DNA of 64,000 bases, taken from NCBI GenBank assembly GCA_016784175.1, contig JADHVC010000001.1:5567-69566 (forward strand), read 5' to 3'. The position numbers were made by a program, and so were the translations under genes. Below, piece after piece: positions 20,600 through 30,892 of the stretch; the first letter of the stretch is position 1; the number at the start of each line of letters is the position of its first letter. The notes under the pieces were generated by a model, which saw only the letters and a list, made by a program, of their open reading frames with translations, searched no databases and had not been told where the DNA came from. The stretch comes from Patescibacteria group bacterium (GTDB lineage: Bacteria; Patescibacteriota; Patescibacteriia; Patescibacteriales; BS150m-G62).

Positions 20600-20600
20600 T

Positions 20601-21158
20601 TTATTTTTGATAATAAGCAAGAATTATTAAACTAGAACCCTTTCCCCCAGGTGCAAAAGTTAATGATTGTATATCCATCAATCTTAAATTATTCTCAAGC
20701 GATCTTAACAAATTCTTAAAACCTAAATAATCAGCTCCCACAACATTAATATTAATTTCCGCACTACCAATGTCTGGTGTTAAATTTTTCGCCTCCCTAG
20801 TAGTAATATTAGAAAGAAACAGCCCATTTTGCATCATAATAACCTCCATCTGTTTTATCAACTCCTCAAGCTCAATTTTCTTCGGTAAAATTTTATCCAA
20901 CTTGGCTATATTCTTACTATCAATACTGTCATAAACAATTGTTAATTCTTCCAACCTAGACAACTCACTCTTCAATGACAAATATCTTTGTTCACGCACC
21001 GCAGCCTCACTTCCTACTCGCTCATCTGCTGATTGCTTCTTTGGCAAAAGAATAAAAAAATAACTACCGATTAAAATACCAAGTACAATAACAATAACAA
21101 TTGTATTAAAATAATACCCTAGATAATAATTTATTTGTTTTTGATACGGTATATTCAT
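20601..21158 (-). CDS. pilO: PilO-like protein
   Basis: TM, coiled coil, ILP, Y..FK.LL..LENNLRLMDI. Confidence 0.8.
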   Translation of the reverse strand: MNIPYQKQINYYLGYYFNTIVIVIVLGILIGSYFFILLPKKQSADERVGSEAAVREQRYLSLKSELSRLEELTIVYDSIDSKNIAKLDKILPKKIELEELIKQMEVIMMQNGLFLSNITTREAKNLTPDIGSAEININVVGADYLGFKNLLRSLENNLRLMDIQSLTFAPGGKGSSLIILAYYQK

Positions 21159-21159
21159 T

Positions 21160-22995
21160 TTATTTTTTAAATACTTCAGGATTAATCTCTATATCGATAC
21201 TAAAATCAACCAAATCTACTGCTCCACCTTCCGAGCCAGAAACACTTCCTCCAGTAGTACTAACCATAAATACATTCTCATTCGTTCTCAAAGATTTTAT
21301 TTGCTCCGCCAACACATTAAAGCTACGAGCCTTTGCGTTCAACGCGTACTCACCAGACACATCACCTGAAAAACCCGACAAATACACATCATCAGATATT
21401 GAATTTTCAAGAAACTTAAAAAAATTGGTCCAATATATATGCTCTGACAATAAACCCTTTACAAGTTCCATTTTCTTTTGAAACCTTAAAATATTATCTA
21501 CATTTCGATTAGCTACTTCTATTTTCTGATTTGTTTGATCAATTTTTTCTAATAACATTTCACTAACTACCTGCTTTTGAGCCTCCTGAACATCCAGATA
21601 TCTATAAGATACTGCTACCGTCCCAACAGCCACCCCAACTCCAACAACAAGCATCATTAAATTTCGTTTCCAGTTTATATATATTGCAACCTCTCCTCTA
21701 ACAAGATTAGCTCTAAGAATATCAGGATTCATCCACTTAATCTTTTTTAACTCCTTCTCTCTAAGCTTTCTACCCGCCATATCCTCTTTAGCCTTAGCTT
21801 TAGCTCCCTTATCAATTTCATTTTTGGCCTCAACTTTCTTTTTAGCATCATCGGTTACTTTATCGCGAGACAACACTCGATGTAAAAAAGATTTTTTACT
21901 AACTAATTGTTTCCTTTCTAATTCCTTATCATTAATTTTTAACATCTTCTCTGCCTCAATAGACGCTACCTGATCAGCTTCCTTTTTCTCACCCGATTCT
22001 TTTTTAATAAGAGACTTCTTTCTTAAATCTAAAAGACCTTTTGCAGTTTCAGCTTTCTTTTTAGCTTCAGCTTTTTTTGATGCATTTTCTTGAAGTAAGT
22101 ATTGAAGCTTTTGCTTCATAAAACCATCTTGTGTTTTTTCTTGGCCATTAACTATACTACCAATTTTTCTTCCACGAAAAGCATTCACCAAACCACTAAA
22201 GGCGGAACTCAATTTCACTTGCCTACGTCTCTTTGCTTCCGCTCGCAATTGCTCTCTAGACCTACGCGCAGAAGCTTTTCTTTCCTTTTCTATTAAACTT
22301 TTTTTCTTCAGCGTTTTTGTGTACAACTTTGCAGCTTTCAAATACTTAATTCTCTCATTTTCCAACAACTCCTTCTTTTTCAATCTAGCATCTTTTAATG
22401 CTTTTCTTTTCTCTATAAATCCACGCCAAACTATCTTAAAATTATTACTTTTTGCCTTTTTACTCTTTGCTTTTGATTCTTTTAATTTCCTTAAAGCTTC
22501 AGCCCTTTTCAGCACAGAAGCTTTTTTATTTTCTTCTGCCAAAATCTTAGCATCAGCATGTACCTTCAACATCAATAATTTGTTTTTCTTTTTATCTAAT
22601 AACTTCTCTTTTCCAAATAAAAAATCTCTCAGATTAGTTACTGGCTTAGAATTCACTAGTGTATCTTTTTTTTCTGCTACTGATTTACCTTGAGCCTTCA
22701 CTGAAGTCTTTTTTAATTCTAAAGCTACCACTTCGCGAGACTCTTTTGCAGCCTTTTTTTCTTGCACCTTTTTTTTATTTTTAACTTTTAATGCAAGCTT
22801 TCTAGCTTTTTTTATCTCAAGCTTATTTCGACTTTCTTTTAATAAATCAATTTGCTCCTTTTTAATTTTATTAGCCTTCCCAGATGCAGTAAAGCTAGAA
22901 AAAAAAGAACTACGCTGTAGCTCATTCTTTAAAGAACTAAGCATTTTAGCGCGAGCTTCTTTTAAATCAATTTTAGAATCCCCCCTTTTGAGCAT
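21160..22995 (-). CDS. PilN-like protein with a ~430-aa Lys-rich N-terminal extension
   Basis: C-terminal ANLV motif, TM, coiled coil, HIYWTNFFKFLE; between pilM and pilO. Confidence 0.75.
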   Translation of the reverse strand: MLKRGDSKIDLKEARAKMLSSLKNELQRSSFFSSFTASGKANKIKKEQIDLLKESRNKLEIKKARKLALKVKNKKKVQEKKAAKESREVVALELKKTSVKAQGKSVAEKKDTLVNSKPVTNLRDFLFGKEKLLDKKKNKLLMLKVHADAKILAEENKKASVLKRAEALRKLKESKAKSKKAKSNNFKIVWRGFIEKRKALKDARLKKKELLENERIKYLKAAKLYTKTLKKKSLIEKERKASARRSREQLRAEAKRRRQVKLSSAFSGLVNAFRGRKIGSIVNGQEKTQDGFMKQKLQYLLQENASKKAEAKKKAETAKGLLDLRKKSLIKKESGEKKEADQVASIEAEKMLKINDKELERKQLVSKKSFLHRVLSRDKVTDDAKKKVEAKNEIDKGAKAKAKEDMAGRKLREKELKKIKWMNPDILRANLVRGEVAIYINWKRNLMMLVVGVGVAVGTVAVSYRYLDVQEAQKQVVSEMLLEKIDQTNQKIEVANRNVDNILRFQKKMELVKGLLSEHIYWTNFFKFLENSISDDVYLSGFSGDVSGEYALNAKARSFNVLAEQIKSLRTNENVFMVSTTGGSVSGSEGGAVDLVDFSIDIEINPEVFKK

Positions 22996-23060
22996 AGATG
23001 TTTATATTATTAAAAATATTTTTTTGAACCAAAGCTTTAATAAGACACACAAGAAATAGT

Positions 23061-24122
23061 TTAAGCGACATCTCTCATTGCCAGTCCAACCGCAACCGCC
23101 ATCTTCGGACCAATTTGATCCAATGTCTCTCGTAAATCATTGGGATAAATTACTCTTGCCCAAGGATCACCCACAACAACCTTCTTGTCCAATTCTTTTG
23201 ATAATAACGTACTAAAATTAATCAACATAGATGAACCACCCGATAGAATTATTTTTTCAACTTCAACATCGTTGCTATTTTTAAATAGATTTAACGCGTA
23301 TTTAATTTCATTTACAATCGGGGAAAGAGTTTCTTTGATTGTCTTTGGAACCGTCTCTTCAGCTAGGTCCAATGAGCTTAAACCTAAATCACACTTAAAT
23401 TGTTCTGCTCTACCGATATCTACTTTTAGGCTTCCTGCAACAGCCCTCGAAATAAGAAGTCCACCAATATCAATACTTCGGCTGTGCATAGGTATAGAAT
23501 TAATAATCATTGAAATATCTGTAGTATTTGCTCCCACCTCAACAATAAGAAATGGAGACTTATCATTCCCTACTAAAGCCCTAACCAACGAAAAAGTTTC
23601 CGTTTCAAGACTTAATAAATTTAGCTGAGCTTTTTTAAAAATATTAATATAGTTCGTTACAAGATTTTTTGGCGCACCCGTAATCAGTACCTTTATCATA
23701 TCATCGCCTTGCTTTTCTTCATTACCCACTACTCCAGGATCTTCAATCTTTCTCCAATCCAATACCATCTCATCAAGAGGTAATGGAATTATTTTTTTTG
23801 CCTCCCATCTAACTGCAGAGTCAAGTGATTTTTCTGGAGCTGACTTTAAACTTAAAACAGAAGAAAACACTGCAAATGTTGGTAAAGCGCCAACTACATT
23901 TCTCGACTGAATTTTACTTTTTTTCAAAACCTCACTAATCGATCGAGCAATATTATCAACATCTAGTTTTGCACCAATATCAATCTTCTCAATTTTCTTC
24001 TCACTGAACCCATAGTTCGACAACATAACAGAATTTCCACTTTTCAACAGCTCAACAATCTTAACACCAGATGTGCCAATATCAACTCCGACAAAATTTT
24101 TATTAGAAGAAAATATTCCCAT
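23061..24122 (-). CDS. pilM: Type IV pilus assembly protein PilM
   Basis: GVDIGTSGVK, LSGGSS, AVAVGLAMR (actin/FtsA-like). Confidence 0.93.
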   Translation of the reverse strand: MGIFSSNKNFVGVDIGTSGVKIVELLKSGNSVMLSNYGFSEKKIEKIDIGAKLDVDNIARSISEVLKKSKIQSRNVVGALPTFAVFSSVLSLKSAPEKSLDSAVRWEAKKIIPLPLDEMVLDWRKIEDPGVVGNEEKQGDDMIKVLITGAPKNLVTNYINIFKKAQLNLLSLETETFSLVRALVGNDKSPFLIVEVGANTTDISMIINSIPMHSRSIDIGGLLISRAVAGSLKVDIGRAEQFKCDLGLSSLDLAEETVPKTIKETLSPIVNEIKYALNLFKNSNDVEVEKIILSGGSSMLINFSTLLSKELDKKVVVGDPWARVIYPNDLRETLDQIGPKMAVAVGLAMRDVA

Positions 24123-24347
24123 ATTTAGAATTTATTTAAACTTAATTTTTTATCTATTATTATTAAACTAGAGCTTTTATATTCTACTTATTTATAATAT
24201 AATGATTATAGGCTCTTAATGAATAGACAAGTACACTTAAAAAGTTTTACACATTTTACATTTCTATTATATCACAATTAAAAACAACTACCTAATTTAT
24301 AAATGTGTACATTTTTACATAATTTAATAATTAATTAAAATAAATAA

Positions 24348-25580
24348 ATGAATTTTTTCACTCAATATAAAAAAGTTTTTCTTGTTATTAGCTTTATCGG
24401 AATAGTGTTTCTAATCGCCTATGCAATATATAGTTTATTCTTTAAAGCAATGCTACCGACAGATCAGGATGAAGAGCCAATTGATATTACGACCCCATCT
24501 CCATTACCAATTGCCGGTGAAGGCAAAATAAATATTCAAGAGCCTACTGACACTGAAGAACTTCCAAGCAGCGAAGAAATAAAAAAACCAAGTGCGATCG
24601 CATTGGGCGGAATAACACAAGTAAAAAACATAACAGACCATGCTACTATAGGTAATAGCATTTCCATGGATGGTAAAAATGTAAACTTTTATGACAAAGA
24701 AGATGGTAAGTTTTACACAACAACTAGTGATGGCACAATCAAAGCTCTCTCAGAAAAACAATTTTATAATGTAGGTAGTGTCACCTGGTCTCCAATAAAA
24801 CAAAAAGCTATTATCGAGTACCCAGATGGAGCAAATATCATTTATGATTTTGAAACAGAAAAACAAGTTACACTTCCGGCTCATTGGGAAGAATTTAAAT
24901 TTTCACCCAATGGCGATAAAATAGCACTAAAAAGTATTGGGCTTGACCCAAATAATCGTTGGCTTGCAACTGTTAATGATGATGGCTCTGGGGCAAAGAA
25001 AATTGAATCAATTGGACTAAATGCCGAAAATATCCATACTAGCTGGTCACCGAACAACCAAGTAATAGGTCTAGAAACTGAGGGGATTGATGGAGACAGA
25101 CAAAAAGTATACTTTATTGGACTAAACAAAGAAAACTTCAAATCAACTGTTATTAATGGAAGAGGCTTTGAACATCTTTGGACCCCACAAGGCGACAAAC
25201 TAGTATATTCAGCCTACTCTTCACTAACAGACGACAAGCCAAGCGTCTGGACAGTCAACGCCTCAGGAGATTCAATTGGGTCGAATAGAAAAAGATTAAA
25301 TGTCGAAACTTGGGCATCTAAATGCACAATCCACGATGAAAATAATCTATACTGCGCAGTTCCGGACGAACTACCAAAAGGTGCTGGAATATTTCCAGAA
25401 CTAGCCAAAACTACCAATGATAATTTTTATAAAATCGACATTAAAACTGGAACAAAAAAATTAATAGCCATTCCTGAAAGCCAAGTATCAGCTTCCGATT
25501 TGATTGTCTCTGATGATGGTCAATATCTATATTACAAAAATAATACGACCGAAGGAATTCAACAACTAAAACTAAAATAA
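24348..25580 (+). CDS. Membrane-anchored beta-propeller (TolB/WD40-like) protein
   Basis: N-terminal TM, Pro-rich linker, repeated WSP/FSPNG/WTPQG blades. Confidence 0.7.
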   Translation: MNFFTQYKKVFLVISFIGIVFLIAYAIYSLFFKAMLPTDQDEEPIDITTPSPLPIAGEGKINIQEPTDTEELPSSEEIKKPSAIALGGITQVKNITDHATIGNSISMDGKNVNFYDKEDGKFYTTTSDGTIKALSEKQFYNVGSVTWSPIKQKAIIEYPDGANIIYDFETEKQVTLPAHWEEFKFSPNGDKIALKSIGLDPNNRWLATVNDDGSGAKKIESIGLNAENIHTSWSPNNQVIGLETEGIDGDRQKVYFIGLNKENFKSTVINGRGFEHLWTPQGDKLVYSAYSSLTDDKPSVWTVNASGDSIGSNRKRLNVETWASKCTIHDENNLYCAVPDELPKGAGIFPELAKTTNDNFYKIDIKTGTKKLIAIPESQVSASDLIVSDDGQYLYYKNNTTEGIQQLKLK

Positions 25581-25592
25581 TTTAAGAATTAC

Positions 25593-26324
25593 ATGCAAAA
25601 AAAAACAAAATTATTTATCATCGCCTCTTTTACAGCACTAATCTTTGTGCCAGTAGCTATCAAATATTTGAACTTTCAAGCATTTAAATATGCACCAGAA
25701 AAATCCGTTCAAGAACAAAAAGCCAACCAACAAACAAAAGAGTATCAAGGATACGACACGAGTGATCCCTTTATAACAAAAACTACCAACTTAGAGCAAT
25801 TGCTGAAAGGTCCAATCATCACAGACATTGATGAGGTATTCGGCCCAGCAACTGCAAAGGTTACAATTACCTATTTTGGAGATTACGACTGTAAGCATTG
25901 CCTCAAACAACTAGAAACAATTAAAAGCATTGTAAAAAAAGAATATGCAAAAGACGTAAAATTTGTCTGGAAAGACTTTCTGACTAGCTCTGATAAAGAA
26001 TCCCTTAGTTACAATTTAGCTATTGCCAACAGGTGTGCAGGAGAGCAAAATAAATTTTGGGAATTTCAAGATCAAATTATAAACATTAAAGAAGTTAATG
26101 TTTTCAACTCAATAGATACTGCATCAAAACTCAACTTAAATATCGATGATTTTAAAAATTGCACCGACAATAACAATGCAATATTAACCATCGAGGACAA
26201 CAAAAAAGAAGGTTACGCATTGAATATACCTGGAGTACCATTCATATATATAAATAAGCAAGAATTTATGGGAGAATTAACTGAAGAAGAATTAAGAAGA
26301 GTAATTAAACTAGAATTAAAATAG
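25593..26324 (+). CDS. DsbA-family thioredoxin-fold protein
   Basis: FGDYDCKHC, CAGEQNKFW, GVPFIYIN. Confidence 0.85.
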   Translation: MQKKTKLFIIASFTALIFVPVAIKYLNFQAFKYAPEKSVQEQKANQQTKEYQGYDTSDPFITKTTNLEQLLKGPIITDIDEVFGPATAKVTITYFGDYDCKHCLKQLETIKSIVKKEYAKDVKFVWKDFLTSSDKESLSYNLAIANRCAGEQNKFWEFQDQIINIKEVNVFNSIDTASKLNLNIDDFKNCTDNNNAILTIEDNKKEGYALNIPGVPFIYINKQEFMGELTEEELRRVIKLELK

Positions 26325-26335
26325 CTCACTAAACC

Positions 26336-26360
26336 AAAAGGCACTCAATGTGCCTTTTTT
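26336..26360 (+). terminator. Intrinsic terminator
   Basis: AAAAGGCAC-loop-GTGCCTTTTTT. Confidence 0.75.
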
Positions 26361-26514
26361 GACACGAAAAATATTTAAATGTTAGAATTTAGATCTAAGT
26401 GTAAATAATCCCATGAATTTTAAAAAAATCAACAACTCAATAATTAGACTTGATCGTGACTACAGGCTAAACAGAAAATACTAGTTTTATTTAATTATTA
26501 ATTACCCTATATAT

Positions 26515-27753
26515 ATGAACTACTCTACCCTATCTCAAAAAGACCCAGAAATTTACAAATCGGTTTACAAGGAAATCAAACGCCAATCAGAAGAAATGGA
26601 GTTAATTGCTTCTGAAAACTATGTCTCTAAAGCGGTTCTAGAAGCTCTTGCAACTCCACTAACCAATAAATACTCCGAAGGCTATCCTGGTAAAAGATAT
26701 TATGGTGGCAATCAAGTAATAGACGAAGTAGAAACTATTGCTATCAATCGAGTAAAGAAACTTTTTTCCGCCGAACATGTAAATGTGCAACCCCTAAGCG
26801 GATCCCCTGCTAACGCTGCAGTTTACTTTGCTTTCCTTAAACCAGGCGATAAAGTTATGGGACTAAAACTTGACCATGGCGGTCACCTTTCACACGGTCA
26901 CCCTGTAAACTTCTCTGGCATGCTATATAACTTTGTTCAATATGGTGTATCAGATAAAGACGGCTATATCAACATGGATGAAGTTGAAGAAATTGCTCTA
27001 AGAGAAAAACCAAAGATGATAGTTGCCGGATTCAGTGCATATTCACGCGAAATAGACTGGAAACGCTTTAAAGAAATTGCTGATAAGATCGGAGCGTTCA
27101 CCTTTGGCGACATCGCTCACACTGCTGGACTAATTGCAGCTGGTGCTATGAACAACCCAGTACCAATATTTGATGTAACCTCAACTACCACACACAAAAC
27201 CCTCCGTGGGCCACGAGGCGCAATAATAATGTGCAAAGCACAATTTGCCAAACAAGTTGACCGTGCAGTCTTCCCTGGCATGCAAGGCGGACCACACAAC
27301 CATATGACAGCCGCTAAAGCAGTAGCCTTTAGAGAAGCGTTACAACCAGAGTTCAAAGAATATGCCGCCCAAGTCATAAAAAATGCTCAAGCCATGGCAA
27401 AAAGCTTTCTTGATCTAGGCTATAGAGTAATATCTGGCGGCACAGACAATCACTTAATCGTCGTAGACATGACCTCAAAAAACCTAAGTGGCAAAGAAGC
27501 TGAAGTTGCGCTAGAAAAGATTGGAATTTCTGTTAGCAGATCCACCATTCCAAACGACACAAACCCACCAATGAACCCAAGTGGTATAAGATTTGGCACT
27601 GCAGCTATCACAACAAGAGGTATAAAAGAAAAAGAAATCATCAAAATCGTTGAATTAATAAATAAAGCAATCGAGAACAAAGAAAACGATAATATATTAA
27701 GTGAAATAAAAAGCAATATTCGCGAAATGTGCTTAGCATTTCCAATTTACTGA
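26515..27753 (+). CDS. glyA: Serine hydroxymethyltransferase
   Basis: LIASEN, NKYSEGYPGKRYYGG, TTTHKTLRGPRG. Confidence 0.98.
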   Translation: MNYSTLSQKDPEIYKSVYKEIKRQSEEMELIASENYVSKAVLEALATPLTNKYSEGYPGKRYYGGNQVIDEVETIAINRVKKLFSAEHVNVQPLSGSPANAAVYFAFLKPGDKVMGLKLDHGGHLSHGHPVNFSGMLYNFVQYGVSDKDGYINMDEVEEIALREKPKMIVAGFSAYSREIDWKRFKEIADKIGAFTFGDIAHTAGLIAAGAMNNPVPIFDVTSTTTHKTLRGPRGAIIMCKAQFAKQVDRAVFPGMQGGPHNHMTAAKAVAFREALQPEFKEYAAQVIKNAQAMAKSFLDLGYRVISGGTDNHLIVVDMTSKNLSGKEAEVALEKIGISVSRSTIPNDTNPPMNPSGIRFGTAAITTRGIKEKEIIKIVELINKAIENKENDNILSEIKSNIREMCLAFPIY

Positions 27754-28910
27754 TGAACTATAACGAAGAATCAATCAAACTACACCAAAAAACAAGAGGC
27801 AAAATCGAAATTAAATCAAAAGTAAACCTAATCACCAGAGACGATCTTTCTCTTGCCTACACACCAGGCGTTGGTGCTGTCTGCCAAGAAATTGCTAAAA
27901 ATCCGTCTAGCTCATGGACGCTAACTAATAGAGCTAACCAAGTAGCGATTGTCACTGATGGCTCTGCAATATTGGGTCTTGGTGACTTAGGCCCCGAAGC
28001 TGCCATGCCAGTTATGGAAGGCAAGTCGATAATATTTAAAGAATTTGCAGACATAGACGCAATCCCCCTTTGTATTAACACCAAAAATACAGAGGAGATA
28101 ATCCAATTTTGCAAAAATATCGAACCCAGTTTCGCCGGCATCAACCTAGAAGACATCTCTGCACCAAGATGTTTCGAAATACTCAAAAGACTAGAAGAAG
28201 AACTTAACATTCCAATTTTTCATGATGACCAAGATGGCACCGCAATAGTCGCCCTCGCCGCCTTAATCAACGCCTGCCAACTAACCAATAAAGACATCAA
28301 AACATTAAAAATAGTCATAAATGGAGCAGGTGCAGCCGGCATAGCAATAGCTAAATTACTCTACTTCTATGGCATAAGAGACATAACCCTTGTTGATAGC
28401 AAAGAAATAATATGTAATCTTAGGTTAGATTTGAACCCTATTAAACAAGAGATCATAAAACAAATCAATCATGAAAAAAACATAAAAACTCCTGACAGTA
28501 GTAAAATTTGTGGCAACCTCGAAGATGCTTTTGTCAAAACAGATGTCTTTATCGGAGTATCCGTTGGAAATTTAGTATCCAAAGAGATGGTAAAGTCTAT
28601 GAACGCTAACCCTATCATCCTTGCAATGGCTAACCCTATTCCAGAAATTATGCCCAACGATGCATACGCTGCTGGAGCAGCTATAGTCGGCACAGGCAGA
28701 TCAGACTTTCCCAACCAAATTAATAATGCCCTAGTATTCCCAGGAATATTCAAAGGCCTTCTAGAAAACAAAGTAAAGCATGTCACCAAAGAAATGAAAA
28801 TCGCCACCGCCATAGCTATCGCCCAGACCATACAACCCACAAAAGATCAGATCCTTCCCTCTATCACAAACAAAAAAGTAGTTGACGCCATCGCAGAGGT
28901 TATAAGATAA
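27753..28910 (+). CDS. NAD(P)-dependent malic enzyme
   Basis: LAYTPGV, NLEDISAP, HDDQDGTA, GAGAAG, TGRSDFPNQINN; ATG overlaps the glyA TGA. Confidence 0.93.
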   Translation: MNYNEESIKLHQKTRGKIEIKSKVNLITRDDLSLAYTPGVGAVCQEIAKNPSSSWTLTNRANQVAIVTDGSAILGLGDLGPEAAMPVMEGKSIIFKEFADIDAIPLCINTKNTEEIIQFCKNIEPSFAGINLEDISAPRCFEILKRLEEELNIPIFHDDQDGTAIVALAALINACQLTNKDIKTLKIVINGAGAAGIAIAKLLYFYGIRDITLVDSKEIICNLRLDLNPIKQEIIKQINHEKNIKTPDSSKICGNLEDAFVKTDVFIGVSVGNLVSKEMVKSMNANPIILAMANPIPEIMPNDAYAAGAAIVGTGRSDFPNQINNALVFPGIFKGLLENKVKHVTKEMKIATAIAIAQTIQPTKDQILPSITNKKVVDAIAEVIR

Positions 28911-28914
28911 ACTC

Positions 28915-28949
28915 AAAAAAAGAGCTTTCACAAGAAAGTTCTTTTTTTT
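28915..28949. terminator. Intrinsic terminator
   Basis: AAAAAAAGAGCTTTC / GAAAGTTCTTTTTTT. Confidence 0.65.
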
Positions 28950-29161
28950 ATAATCATGATTAAGTTATTTTACTCGACAATTATACCAAAAGGCTATGAA
29001 TATCTATAAAAGTGTTAGAGGCACCTTTATTCTTTTTAACAATTAGATGAGCTCCGCTAATACTATGATTATCTCACAACAAGTTACACTTTATTTTAAA
29101 ATTATCATTTCAAAATAAAAATTAATTTTTTGTAAATTTATTTTTATTGCTCCCTTCTCAC

Positions 29162-29191
29162 CTTGAAAAAAATTAACCCTCGAGTTATAAT
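29162..29191 (+). promoter_or_regulatory. Sigma70 promoter, duplicated at 30837-30865
   Basis: TTGAAA-17bp-TATAAT; spacer AATTAACCCTCGAG shared with the second copy. Confidence 0.7.
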
Positions 29192-29302
29192 AATAATCAA
29201 TAATCTAGCCAGTGCATCTAGGTGCCTATTTATAAAGCTAAGACGATGAATCGCTAAAACTAAATCTACAAAATGATTAATTAAGTATTATAATTTATAA
29301 AT

Positions 29303-29425
29303 ATGAATAATTTAAAAAAAGAAGAAATTGAACAAATAATATTAGAATTTAAAAATTCTATTCAAGAAGAGACTAAAAAAGGTATCAAGGAAATAGAAGA
29401 AATTTTTAATAACTCAACAAAATAA
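29303..29425 (+). CDS. Small hypothetical protein (40 aa, helical)
   Basis: MNNLKKEEIEQIILEFKNSIQEETKKGIKEIEEIFNNSTK; stop 4 bp before the next ATG. Confidence 0.5.
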   Translation: MNNLKKEEIEQIILEFKNSIQEETKKGIKEIEEIFNNSTK

Positions 29426-29429
29426 ATAT

Positions 29430-30122
29430 ATGTTTAACAAAATACCAACTAACAAAAGTCCACTTCAAAGTAATCCTATTGAGGATAACGTTGTTACAAC
29501 TAATAGGTCAGACACCTTAGAATTTGGAGAATCCCTCAGAAAAATGGATGAATTAAGTAAAAAAAAGATTGAAAAAATTATAACGAGCATGCTTGAAGAA
29601 TGCCAAACAAAAGAAGATATACAAAATATAATGAAAAGCTTAGTTGATACAGGCGAAATTGATACAATCGAATATAAAGAATTATTATTACTCATAAACT
29701 CAGATACTCCCGATAAAGACTTGTTTACAATAGGAATTAATAAAATAACAAATCTACCTGATTCTGTACGATTTAACTTTGTATCTGCCTTTCACAGAAT
29801 ATCCCAGAATATTGATGCTAAAAGTAAGACGAAGCAAGAAATAAAAGACAATATTAAAAGGCTATTTATTCTAACAGAAAATGAATATGAACGAGAAATT
29901 TTAATAGCAAGAGGATTTACAGAGTATCAAGTCAACGAAATTGTAAATATAGAAAAATCTGCATGGAACACTTTATACAATAAACTAATGGAACAAATTG
30001 ACTTACTAAAAGAAGAAAATATTAACAATATAATTATTAATATTTATTCATTCCTAAAGAGAAAAAATAAAAAAATCAGTGAGGTTTGGAAAGGAGTGGC
30101 TATGCACACAAGCGAATATTAA
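29430..30122 (+). CDS. Hypothetical protein
   Basis: 230-aa ORF with no recognised motif. Confidence 0.6.
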   Translation: MFNKIPTNKSPLQSNPIEDNVVTTNRSDTLEFGESLRKMDELSKKKIEKIITSMLEECQTKEDIQNIMKSLVDTGEIDTIEYKELLLLINSDTPDKDLFTIGINKITNLPDSVRFNFVSAFHRISQNIDAKSKTKQEIKDNIKRLFILTENEYEREILIARGFTEYQVNEIVNIEKSAWNTLYNKLMEQIDLLKEENINNIIINIYSFLKRKNKKISEVWKGVAMHTSEY

Positions 30123-30127
30123 AAAAA

Positions 30128-30150
30128 AGCGTCCTAATTGTTAGGGCGCT
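30128..30150. terminator. Terminator hairpin between convergent genes
   Basis: AGCGTCCTAA-TTG-TTAGGGCGCT preceded by an A-run. Confidence 0.7.
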
Positions 30151-30170
30151 ATTATTTTAGCAAATCTATT

Positions 30171-30707
30171 TTAGATCTTTTTTATAAACTGATCTTCTTC
30201 ATAATTTTTCCAAATTCTGACTAAACCTTCATAATATATAACTTGATCGATACCTAACCACAGAAGAGAGAAGGCTCGTCTTACTGAGCCGCATAGCCTC
30301 ATCTGCCTTTTTTTTGATGTATATTCAGACTTCTTTGCGTCATAAATAAGTAACACATAGGCAAACTCCTCATTAATTGTGAAATAAAATGCTGGGTCTA
30401 TGTACATGTAACCAGGCTCATGCCATATTGAATACCTACCAATCCTAATAACCTTATCTTCATCTAGCTTACTCTCTTCAGCTAAACTAGTATTAAGATT
30501 GCCAAATCCAGGAACAGCAAGATCAAAATTAAAGAAAGTTTTATCTTTTTTCTTTATTTGTTTTGCCTGAAATATATCATATGGCACTCCTCCATAAGGA
30601 ACGAGCTCTATAAGTCTTTGTGCATCAGACAATTTAAATGTTTTTACTTTTGGGTCAAGGAGCCGGACAAGTAACTCGCCTGCCTCCATTTTTTGATACA
30701 TATCCAT
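30171..30707 (-). CDS. Hypothetical protein
   Basis: 178-aa ORF with SD GAGGAG. Confidence 0.65.
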   Translation of the reverse strand: MDMYQKMEAGELLVRLLDPKVKTFKLSDAQRLIELVPYGGVPYDIFQAKQIKKKDKTFFNFDLAVPGFGNLNTSLAEESKLDEDKVIRIGRYSIWHEPGYMYIDPAFYFTINEEFAYVLLIYDAKKSEYTSKKRQMRLCGSVRRAFSLLWLGIDQVIYYEGLVRIWKNYEEDQFIKKI

Positions 30708-30836
30708 GAAGGACTCCTCAATACCTTTAATTGTTAAAGTTCATTTCTTAAACCAATATTAAACCTATAATGATATTAGCAAACTATTGTAACATATGTC
30801 AAATACAATCATAATCCTCTTCTTGCATAAGCTCCT

Positions 30837-30865
30837 CTTGAAAAAATTAACCCTCGAGCTATAAT
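30837..30865 (+). promoter_or_regulatory. Sigma70 promoter of rubrerythrin (second copy of the duplicated promoter)
   Basis: TTGAAA-16bp-TATAAT. Confidence 0.7.
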
Positions 30866-30892
30866 GTAATTATTATTATTAGATACAATATT

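Noticed and set aside
26445-26490. ZTP riboswitch upstream of glyA (GATCGTGACT)
   Set aside because: Lacks the GGCG, GUGG/CCAC stem and the 3' CGCCUGGG pseudoknot elements
27751-27753. Alternative genetic code (TGA=Gly, as in Gracilibacteria)
   Set aside because: glyA ends in TGA overlapping the next ATG, and long genes are intact under code 11
29200-29260. TPP-like or other riboswitch (CTAGGTGCC..GCTAAGA)
   Set aside because: Only partial resemblance; the conserved 3' half is absent and pairing is weak
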